A DNA stretch of 32,136 nt from Utricularia gibba (taxonomy: Eukaryota > Plantae > Magnoliophyta). The stretch lies in NCBI GenBank assembly GCA_002189035.1, contig NEEC01000288.1, positions 1-32,136 of the forward strand. Direction: 5' to 3'. A program made the translations under genes and the position numbers. Below the pieces are notes generated by a model, which worked only from the letters and a program-made list of their open reading frames with translations, ran no database searches and had not been told where the DNA came from. Positions 12,001 to 21,800 of this stretch are shown here, in pieces. Numbering within the stretch: position 1 is the stretch's first letter; each line of letters starts with the position of its first letter.

Positions 12001-15000
12001 TGGGGTTGTCTTTCTGTTCAACCCGAACGGGTTAAACCCTACGGGTTTTGATTGGGCCCGAACCGAACCAAGGGTTTATCAATTTTATTTTTTATTTTTG
12101 GCTTATTGTATTTTATGGTTGTTTTTCTTTTTTTCCACGGCCGTATGGCCTTGTGGCTGCTGCTCGAGCACGCGGGCATTAACCAAGCCCATGTGGCCTC
12201 GTGGTGCTGCTGCGTATGCACACGGGCTGGGGGTCGCGCCGGGCATGAGCCCAAAGTCAGTTTTAGCCCGGCGAAAAAAGGGATGCATTTCTTAGCGTTG
12301 GGTTATCACGAGCCGCCTAATTTTTTTTCGTGGAACACCATCTAGTTTTGTGGGGGGGCGCTCTCGAGGGGCCCTTGGCTTGGGCCCCGGGTTCGGTCTG
12401 GCTGATGAGCCCACTCTGGTCCCACTCGGCGAAAATCGTGACACATTTGTTGAAATTAGGATGTCACGTGCACCCAACACGGTTTTTTCAACAACACGCT
12501 TTATACTTGTGGAGACGCTCTCGGGGGGCACTCGAATCTTCCCATACGTCGTACCAGGCTCGAGCGTAAAGTCATTGTAGCCCGGCAAAGAAAGTGATGC
12601 ATTTATTAACTTTGGGTTGTCACGAGCCGCCTAAATGGTTTTCCATGGAACACCTTCTAGTTTTGGGGGGGAGGGGAGCGGGCGCTGCGCCTCGTCCGGG
12701 CCCCGGGAGCCCGGTCCCGTCCGACTCGACGAAAATCGTGATGCATTTGTTGAAGTTAGGATGTCACGAGAACCGCACACGGTTTTTTTCAACAACACAC
12801 TTTATACTTAAGGAGGAGCTCTCGGGGGGGCACCCTGATCGGCCGGAGGTCGTGCCGAACTCGGGCCCAAAGTCAGCAGTAGCGCGCCAAAAAAAGTGAT
12901 GCATTTATTAACGTTGGGTTGTGACGAGACGCGTATATGGTTTTTGAAGGAACACCTCCTCGTATTGAGGCGGGCGCTCTCGAGGGGCCCTTGGCCGGGC
13001 CCCGGGTTCGGACGGGCTCATGGGCCCACTCGACGAAAATCATGATGCATTTGTTGAAATTGGGATGTCACGTGCACCCCACATTTGTTGAGCGAGGACG
13101 GCCAATTTTAGAGACTCGATGGGCCATTCTTCGATCAGCGTCCTACTATCTAGTTCAAACTCAAAGTCACATTATTCTTGCACAATTTCGTATGAATGAA
13201 TATGGGATATGATCCGTTGGAAGCCCAAGTGTTAGAGAATTTTACTGAATCTGCTGAGCAAGGGGTTGTGAGTTCATAACAGCTGTTGAAACCTCTCCAG
13301 GGTGGTGTGCGTGGCGTGATGAGCTTTCTACAATGACAAAAAAAATATTTTTATAATCATGTGATATATGTTTATTAAAATATAAATAATGTAAATACGT
13401 TAGTTATTAAAGCATATACTACATGTGAAAGTTTCTTAGTTTTTAATTTTATTAGCATTCGACCCTTAGTTATACTTTGGATGGAGTGTGCATTTTTATT
13501 TTAATCATTTTAATTAGCATTCGATCCTTGGTTAAGATTCCAATCGAGTGTATATTTTTTATTTGAACGATTCTATTTGCATTCGATTCTAAGATATGAT
13601 GCGGATCGAGCGTATATTTTTTATTTTAATATTTTTATTGGCTTTCGGTCTTTAGACATGATTCGGATCGAGTGGAGATGGTTTACTTGAAACTTGTGTT
13701 AACGCTCGATCCTTAGGAGCAATGTGGAGCGTGTTTACATTGCAAGGGCACACGGGCGTGGGTTGTGCGTAAACCACGCCCGTGTGGCATGGCATTGTAA
13801 TGTATACACGTTCTAAATTGCTCCTAACGGTGGAACGCTAATTAAGATTTAAAATAAATGAATATGCACTCGATCCAAAGTATACCTAAGGATCTAAGGC
13901 TAATAAAAATATGAGAGTGAAAAATATACGCTCGATCCGCAGCATACCTAACGTTCGAATGCTAATAAAAAATATTAAAATAAAAAATACGCGCTCGATC
14001 CGCATTATACTTAAGGATCGAATGATAATAAAAATATTTAAAGTAAAAAAATAGCAAATATGATCTGAATCATAACCAAGGATCGAATGCTAATTAAATT
14101 GACTAAAGTAAAAATACACACTCCATCCAAAGTACAACTGAGGATCAAATGGTAATAATTAAGTCAAAGAAGCTTTCACAGTTATCCTACGGTTTAATAA
14201 ATAATGTATTTCAATTATTTATAATTTAATAAACCTATATCATATGATTATGATTAGAGATGGGCCTGGGTTGGATCCATTCAGGTTCGGACCCAACCCG
14301 ATGAAATTCTGGGTATTACAGTTTGCATGACCCATGGGGTTGTCTTTCTGTTCAACCCGAACGGGTTAAACCCTACGGGTTTTGATTGGGCCCGAACCGA
14401 ACCAAGGGTTTATCAATTTTATTTTTTATTTTTGGCTTATTGTATTTTATGGTTGTTTTTCTTTTTTTCCACGGCCGTATGGCCTTGTGGCTGCTGCTCG
14501 AGCACGCGGGCATTAACCAAGCCCATGTGGCCTCGTGGTGCTGCTGCGTATGCACACGGGCTGGGGGTCGCGCCGGGCATGAGCCCAAAGTCAGTTTTAG
14601 CCCGGCGAAAAAAGGGATGCATTTCTTAGCGTTGGGTTATCACGAGCCGCCTAATTTTTTTTCGTGGAACACCATCTAGTTTTGTGGGGGGGCGCTCTCG
14701 AGGGGCCCTTGGCTTGGGCCCCGGGTTCGGTCTGGCTGATGAGCCCACTCTGGTCCCACTCGGCGAAAATCGTGACACATTTGTTGAAATTAGGATGTCA
14801 CGTGCACCCAACACGGTTTTTTCAACAACACGCTTTATACTTGTGGAGACGCTCTCGGGGGGCACTCGAATCTTCCCATACGTCGTACCAGGCTCGAGCG
14901 TAAAGTCATTGTAGCCCGGCAAAGAAAGTGATGCATTTATTAACTTTGGGTTGTCACGAGCCGCCTAAATGGTTTTCCATGGAACACCTTCTAGTTTTGG

Positions 15001-16701
15001 GGGGAGGGAGCGGGCGCTGCGCCTCGTCCGGGCCCCGGGAGCCCGGTCCCGTCCGACTCGACGAAAATCGTGATGCATTTGTTGAAGTTAGGATGTCACG
15101 AGAACCGCACACGGTTTTTTTCAACAACACACTTTATACTTAAGGAGGAGCTCTCGGTGGGGCACCCTGATCGAGCCGGAGGTCGTGCCGAACTCAGGCC
15201 CAAAGTCAGCAGTAGCGCGCCAAAAAAAGTGATGCATTTATTAACGTTGGGTTGTGACGAGACGCGTATATGGTTTTTGAAGGAACACCTCCTCGTATTG
15301 AGGCGGGCGCTCTCGAGGGGCCCTTGGCCCGGGCCCCGGGTTCGGACGGGCTCATGGGCCCACTCGACGAAAATCATGATGCATTTGTTGAAATTGGGAT
15401 GTCACGTGCACCCCACATTTGTTGAGCGAGGACGGCCAATTTTAGAGACTCGATGGGCCATTCTTCGATCAGCGTCCTACTATCTAGTTCAAACTCAAAG
15501 TCACATTATTCTTGCACAATTTCGTATGAATGAATATGGGATATGATCCGTTGGAAGCCCAAGTGTTAGAGAATTTTACTGAATCTGCTGAGCAAGGGGT
15601 TGTGAGTTCATAACAGCTGTTGAAACCTCTCCAGGGTGGTGTGCGTGGCGTGATGAGCTTTCTACAATGACAAAAAAAATATTTTTATAATCATGTGATA
15701 TATGTTTATTAAAATATAAATAATGTAAATACGTTAGTTATTAAAGCATATACTACATGTGAAAGTTTCTTAGTTTTTAATTTTATTAGCATTCGACCCT
15801 TAGTTATACTTTGGATGGAGTGTGCATTTTTATTTTAATCATTTTAATTAGCATTCGATCCTTGGTTAAGATTCCAATCGAGTGTATATTTTTTATTTGA
15901 ACGATTCTATTTGCATTCGATTCTAAGATATGATGCGGATCGAGCGTATATTTTTTATTTTAATATTTTTATTGGCTTTCGGTCTTTAGACATGATTCGG
16001 ATCGAGTGGAGATGGTTTACTTGAAACTTGTGTTAACGCTCGATCCTTAGGAGCAATGTGGAGCGTGTTTACATTGCAAGGGCACACGGGCGTGGGTTGT
16101 GCGTAAACCACGCCCGTGTGGCATGGCATTGTAATGTATACACGTTCTAAATTGCTCCTAACGGTGGAACGCTAATTAAGATTTAAAATAAATGAATATG
16201 CACTCGATCCAAAGTATACCTAAGGATCTAAGGCTAATAAAAATATGAGAGTGAAAAATATACGCTCGATCCGCAGCATACCTAACGTTCGAATGCTAAT
16301 AAAAAATATTAAAATAAAAAATACGCGCTCGATCCGCATTATACTTAAGGATCGAATGATAATAAAAATATTTAAAGTAAAAAAATAGCAAATATGATCT
16401 GAATCATAACCAAGGATCGAATGCTAATTAAATTGACTAAAGTAAAAATACACACTCCATCCAAAGTACAACTGAGGATCAAATGGTAATAATTAAGTCA
16501 AAGAAGCTTTCACAGTTATCCTACGGTTTAATAAATAATGTATTTCAATTATTTATAATTTAATAAACCTATATCATATGATTATGATTAGAGATGGGCC
16601 TGGGTTGGATCCATTCAGGTTCGGACCCAACCCGATGAAATTCTGGGTATTACAGTTTGCATGACCCATGGGGTTGTCTTTCTGTTCAACCCGAACGGGT
16701 T

Positions 16702-16709
16702 AAACCCTA
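16702..16709 (+). promoter_or_regulatory. Telo-box motif AAACCCTA (one per monomer; 450-457 in copy 1)
   Basis: Exact match to the plant telo-box. Function is untested. Confidence 0.35.
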
Positions 16710-16720
16710 CGGGTTTTGAT

Positions 16721-16726
16721 TGGGCC
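16721..16726 (+). promoter_or_regulatory. Site II motif TGGGCC (second copy at 16595-16600)
   Basis: Exact match to the TCP-binding site II consensus TGGGCY, starting 12 bp after the telo-box. A hexamer can occur by chance. Confidence 0.3.
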
Positions 16727-16812
16727 CGAACCGAACCAAGGGTTTATCAATTTTATTTTTTATTTTTGGCTTATTGTATTTTATGGTTGTTTTTCTTTTT
16801 TTCCACGGCCGT

Positions 16813-16895
16813 ATGGCCTTGTGGCTGCTGCTCGAGCACGCGGGCATTAACCAAGCCCATGTGGCCTCGTGGTGCTGCTGCGTATGCACACGGGC
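16813..16895 (+). repeat. Two-copy degenerate direct repeat, 48-bp offset
   Basis: ATGGCCTTGTGGCTGCTGCTCGAGCACGCGGGC (16813-16845) versus GTGGCCTCGTGGTGCTGCTGCGTATGCACACGGGC (16861-16895). Confidence 0.8.
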
Positions 16896-16896
16896 T

Positions 16897-17760
16897 GGGG
16901 GTCGCGCCGGGCATGAGCCCAAAGTCAGTTTTAGCCCGGCGAAAAAAGGGATGCATTTCTTAGCGTTGGGTTATCACGAGCCGCCTAATTTTTTTTCGTG
17001 GAACACCATCTAGTTTTGTGGGGGGGCGCTCTCGAGGGGCCCTTGGCTTGGGCCCCGGGTTCGGTCTGGCTGATGAGCCCACTCTGGTCCCACTCGGCGA
17101 AAATCGTGACACATTTGTTGAAATTAGGATGTCACGTGCACCCAACACGGTTTTTTCAACAACACGCTTTATACTTGTGGAGACGCTCTCGGGGGGCACT
17201 CGAATCTTCCCATACGTCGTACCAGGCTCGAGCGTAAAGTCATTGTAGCCCGGCAAAGAAAGTGATGCATTTATTAACTTTGGGTTGTCACGAGCCGCCT
17301 AAATGGTTTTCCATGGAACACCTTCTAGTTTTGGGGGGGAGGGGAGCGGGCGCTGCGCCTCGTCCGGGCCCCGGGAGCCCGGTCCCGTCCGACTCGACGA
17401 AAATCGTGATGCATTTGTTGAAGTTAGGATGTCACGAGAACCGCACACGGTTTTTTTCAACAACACACTTTATACTTAAGGAGGAGCTCTCGGTGGGGCA
17501 CCCTGATCGAGCCGGAGGTCGTGCCGAACTCAGGCCCAAAGTCAGCAGTAGCGCGCCAAAAAAAGTGATGCATTTATTAACGTTGGGTTGTGACGAGACG
17601 CGTATATGGTTTTTGAAGGAACACCTCCTCGTATTGAGGCGGGCGCTCTCGAGGGGCCCTTGGCCCGGGCCCCGGGTTCGGACGGGCTCATGGGCCCACT
17701 CGACGAAAATCATGATGCATTTGTTGAAATTGGGATGTCACGTGCACCCCACATTTGTTG
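16897..17760 (+). repeat. GC-rich block of ~150-bp subrepeats in an alternating A/B (~305-bp dimer) pattern
   Basis: GATGCATTT-like anchors at 16950 (A), 17108 (B), 17264 (A), 17408 (B), 17567 (A) and 17714 (B); spacing 158, 156, 144, 159, 147. A type continues TATTAAC.TTGGGTTGT(C/G)ACGAG and B type TGTTGAA.TT(A/G)GGATGTCACG. Copy 1 equivalent is ~646-1510. Confidence 0.92.
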
Positions 17761-18109
17761 AGCGAGGACGGCCAATTTTAGAGACTCGATGGGCCATTCT
17801 TCGATCAGCGTCCTACTATCTAGTTCAAACTCAAAGTCACATTATTCTTGCACAATTTCGTATGAATGAATATGGGATATGATCCGTTGGAAGCCCAAGT
17901 GTTAGAGAATTTTACTGAATCTGCTGAGCAAGGGGTTGTGAGTTCATAACAGCTGTTGAAACCTCTCCAGGGTGGTGTGCGTGGCGTGATGAGCTTTCTA
18001 CAATGACAAAAAAAATATTTTTATAATCATGTGATATATGTTTATTAAAATATAAATAATGTAAATACGTTAGTTATTAAAGCATATACTACATGTGAAA
18101 GTTTCTTAG

Positions 18110-18350
18110 TTTTTAATTTTATTAGCATTCGACCCTTAGTTATACTTTGGATGGAGTGTGCATTTTTATTTTAATCATTTTAATTAGCATTCGATCCTTG
18201 GTTAAGATTCCAATCGAGTGTATATTTTTTATTTGAACGATTCTATTTGCATTCGATTCTAAGATATGATGCGGATCGAGCGTATATTTTTTATTTTAAT
18301 ATTTTTATTGGCTTTCGGTCTTTAGACATGATTCGGATCGAGTGGAGATG
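18110..18350 (-). repeat. Four ~62-bp modules (inverted orientation) in the left palindrome arm
   Basis: GGATCGAG-like cores at 18149, 18211, 18273 and 18335; spacing exactly 62. Confidence 0.9.
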
Positions 18351-18382
18351 GTTTACTTGAAACTTGTGTTAACGCTCGATCC

Positions 18383-18497
18383 TTAGGAGCAATGTGGAGC
18401 GTGTTTACATTGCAAGGGCACACGGGCGTGGGTTGTGCGTAAACCACGCCCGTGTGGCATGGCATTGTAATGTATACACGTTCTAAATTGCTCCTAA
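18383..18497. other. 115-nt central hairpin at the palindrome axis
   Basis: TTAGGAGCAAT/ATTGCTCCTAA is a perfect 11-bp stem. The next 22 positions give 17 Watson-Crick pairs, 3 G.U pairs and 2 mismatches. The inner perfect 13-bp stem is CACACGGGCGTGG (18419-18431)/CCACGCCCGTGTG (18444-18456), with loop GTGCGT at 18435-18440. Confidence 0.92.
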
Positions 18498-18529
18498 CGG
18501 TGGAACGCTAATTAAGATTTAAAATAAAT

Positions 18530-18830
18530 GAATATGCACTCGATCCAAAGTATACCTAAGGATCTAAGGCTAATAAAAATATGAGAGTGAAAAATATACG
18601 CTCGATCCGCAGCATACCTAACGTTCGAATGCTAATAAAAATATTAAAATAAAAAATACGCGCTCGATCCGCATTATACTTAAGGATCGAATGATAATAA
18701 AAATATTTAAAGTAAAAAAATAGCAAATATGATCTGAATCATAACCAAGGATCGAATGCTAATTAAATTGACTAAAGTAAAAATACACACTCCATCCAAA
18801 GTACAACTGAGGATCAAATGGTAATAATTA
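18530..18830 (+). repeat. Five ~62-bp modules in the right palindrome arm
   Basis: CTCGATCC-like cores at 18539, 18601, 18663, 18728 (degenerate TATGATCT) and 18790 (CTCCATCC); spacing 62, 62, 65, 62. Confidence 0.9.
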
Positions 18831-21800
18831 AGTCAAAGAAGCTTTCACAGTTATCCTACGGTTTAATAAATAATGTATTTCAATTATTTATAATTTAATA
18901 AACCTATATCATATGATTATGATTAGAGATGGGCCTGGGTTGGATCCATTCAGGTTCGGACCCAACCCGATGAAATTCTGGGTATTACAGTTTGCATGAC
19001 CCATGGGGTTGTCTTTCTGTTCAACCCGAACGGGTTAAACCCTACGGGTTTTGATTGGGCCCGAACCGAACCAAGGGTTTATCAATTTTATTTTTTATTT
19101 TTGGCTTATTGTATTTTATGGTTGTTTTTCTTTTTTTCCACGGCCGTATGGCCTTGTGGCTGCTGCTCGAGCACGCGGGCATTAACCAAGCCCATGTGGC
19201 CTCGTGGTGCTGCTGCGTATGCACACGGGCTGGGGGTCGCGCCGGGCATGAGCCCAAAGTCAGTTTTAGCCCGGCGAAAAAAGGGATGCATTTCTTAGCG
19301 TTGGGTTATCACGAGCCGCCTAATTTTTTTTCGTGGAACACCATCTAGTTTTGTGGGGGGGCGCTCTCGAGGGGCCCTTGGCTTGGGCCCGGGTTCGGTC
19401 TGGCTGATGAGCCCACTCTGGTCCCACTCGGCGAAAATCGTGACACATTTGTTGAAATTAGGATGTCACGTGCACCCAACACGGTTTTTTCAACAACACG
19501 CTTTATACTTGTGGAGACGCTCTCGGGGGGCACTCGAATCTTCCCATACGTCGTACCAGGCTCGAGCGTAAAGTCATTGTAGCCCGGCAAAGAAAGTGAT
19601 GCATTTATTAACTTTGGGTTGTCACGAGCCGCCTAAATGGTTTTCCATGGAACACCTTCTAGTTTTGGGGGGAGGGGAGCGGGCGCTGCGCCTCGTCCGG
19701 GCCCCGGGAGCCCGGTCCCGTCCGACTCGACGAAAATCGTGATGCATTTGTTGAAGTTAGGATGTCACGAGAACCGCACACGGTTTTTTTCAACAACACA
19801 CTTTATACTTAAGGAGGAGCTCTCGGTGGGGCACCCTGATCGAGCCGGAGGTCGTGCCGAACTCAGGCCCAAAGTCAGCAGTAGCGCGCCAAAAAAAGTG
19901 ATGCATTTATTAACGTTGGGTTGTGACGAGACGCGTATATGGTTTTTGAAGGAACACCTCCTCGTATTGAGGCGGGCGCTCTCGAGGGGCCCTTGGCCCG
20001 GGCCCCGGGTTCGGACGGGCTCATGGGCCCACTCGACGAAAATCATGATGCATTTGTTGAAATTGGGATGTCACGTGCACCCCACATTTGTTGAGCGAGG
20101 ACGGCCAATTTTAGAGACTCGATGGGCCATTCTTCGATCAGCGTCCTACTATCTAGTTCAAACTCAAAGTCACATTATTCTTGCACAATTTCGTATGAAT
20201 GAATATGGGATATGATCCGTTGGAAGCCCAAGTGTTAGAGAATTTTACTGAATCTGCTGAGCAAGGGGTTGTGAGTTCATAACAGCTGTTGAAACCTCTC
20301 CAGGGTGGTGTGCGTGGCGTGATGAGCTTTCTACAATGACAAAAAAAATATTTTTATAATCATGTGATATATGTTTATTAAAATATAAATAATGTAAATA
20401 CGTTAGTTATTAAAGCATATACTACATGTGAAAGTTTCTTAGTTTTTAATTTTATTAGCATTCGACCCTTAGTTATACTTTGGATGGAGTGTGCATTTTT
20501 ATTTTAATCATTTTAATTAGCATTCGATCCTTGGTTAAGATTCCAATCGAGTGTATATTTTTATTTGAACGATTCTATTTGCATTCGATTCTAAGATATG
20601 ATGCGGATCGAGCGTATATTTTTTATTTTAATATTTTTATTGGCTTTCGGTCTTTAGACATGATTCGGATCGAGTGGAGATGGTTTACTTGAAACTTGTG
20701 TTAACGCTCGATCCTTAGGAGCAATGTGGAGCGTGTTTACATTGCAAGGGCACACGGGCGTGGGTTGTGCGTAAACCACGCCCGTGTGGCATGGCATTGT
20801 AATGTATACACGTTCTAAATTGCTCCTAACGGTGGAACGCTAATTAAGATTTAAAATAAATGAATATGCACTCGATCCAAAGTATACCTAAGGATCTAAG
20901 GCTAATAAAAATATGAGAGTGAAAAATATACGCTCGATCCGCAGCATACCTAACGTTCGAATGCTAATAAAAAATATTAAAATAAAAAATACGCGCTCGA
21001 TCCGCATTATACTTAAGGATCGAATGATAATAAAAATATTTAAAGTAAAAAAATAGCAAATATGATCTGAATCATAACCAAGGATCGAATGCTAATTAAA
21101 TTGACTAAAGTAAAAATACACACTCCATCCAAAGTACAACTGAGGATCAAATGGTAATAATTAAGTCAAAGAAGCTTTCACAGTTATCCTACGGTTTAAT
21201 AAATAATGTATTTCAATTATTTATAATTTAATAAACCTATATCATATGATTATGATTAGAGATGGGCCTGGGTTGGATCCATTCAGGTTCGGACCCAACC
21301 CGATGAAATTCTGGGTATTACAGTTTGCATGACCCATGGGGTTGTCTTTCTGTTCAACCCGAACGGGTTAAACCCTACGGGTTTTGATTGGGCCCGAACC
21401 GAACCAAGGGTTTATCAATTTTATTTTTTATTTTTGGCTTATTGTATTTTATGGTTGTTTTTCTTTTTTCCACGGCCGTATGGCCTTGTGGCTGCTGCTC
21501 GAGCACGCGGGCATTAACCAAGCCCATGTGGCCTCGTGGTGCTGCTGCGTATGCACACGGGCTGGGGGTCGCGCCGGGCATGAGCCCAAAGTCAGTTTTA
21601 GCCCGGCGAAAAAAGGGATGCATTTCTTAGCGTTGGGTTATCACGAGCCGCCTAATTTTTTTTCGTGGAACACCATCTAGTTTTGTGGGGGGCGCTCTCG
21701 AGGGGCCCTTGGCTTGGGCCCCGGGTTCGGTCTGGCTGATGAGCCCACTCTGGTCCCACTCGGCGAAAATCGTGACACATTTGTTGAAATTAGGATGTCA

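Larger units (their letters stand above)
16589..16745 (+). repeat. Short-hairpin cluster rich in AACCCG/AACCGA motifs; possible hAT-type terminal fragment
   Basis: Begins TAGAGATGGG (cf. Ac/Ds TIR TAGGGATGAAA). Contains hairpins GGGTTGGATCC-N10-GGACCCAACCC (16602-16633), AACCCG-AA-CGGGTT (16688-16701) and AAACCC-TAC-GGGTTT (16702-16716). No matching second terminus was found. Confidence 0.4.
16105..18434. mobile_element. Putative non-autonomous foldback/MULE-like element: TIR 16105-16585, cargo 16586-18022, TIR 18023-18434; repeated head-to-tail
   Basis: Long inverted repeats with internal tandem modules and an AT-rich non-modular inner portion flank a 1.44-kb interior. This resembles foldback-type modular TIRs. 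No transposase ORF or TSD is visible, so element identity is inference. Confidence 0.45.
18023..18920. repeat. ~900-bp AT-rich imperfect palindrome (foldback), one per monomer
   Basis: The left arm 18023-18434 is the reverse complement of the right arm 18441-18920. The outer 60 bp match at 52/60 by hand alignment. TGTGAAAG pairs with CTTTCACA, and ATTAGCATTCGATCCTTGGTTA pairs with TAACCAAGGATCGAATGCTAAT. Other copies: 1770-2616, 4036-4930, 6358-7250, 8683-9582, 11019-11917, 13353-14251, 15687-16585, 20356-21253, 22689-23587, 25021-25919, 27353-28251, 29686-30583; partial at 1-333 and 32019-32136. Confidence 0.93.
16589..18923. repeat. Representative full monomer (copy 8, 2,335 bp, majority haplotype)
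   Basis: Runs from TAGAGATGGG at 16589 to the base before the next anchor at 18924. Confidence 0.97.

Noticed and set aside
17070-17145. Hammerhead-ribozyme-like core CTGATGA-GCC...GGC-GAAA followed by a CGTGACA/TGTCACG stem
   Set aside because: Stem II and a stem III-like helix exist, but there is no A15.1-U16.1 pair or NUH cleavage triplet in register and no stem I partner. The homologous subrepeats lack CTGATGA. An Infernal search with Rfam hammerhead models would settle it.
18110-18830. CRISPR-like periodic repeats with dyad symmetry
   Set aside because: The modules are degenerate, the intervening sequences are homologous AT tracts rather than unique spacers, they are identical between monomers, and no cas genes are present.
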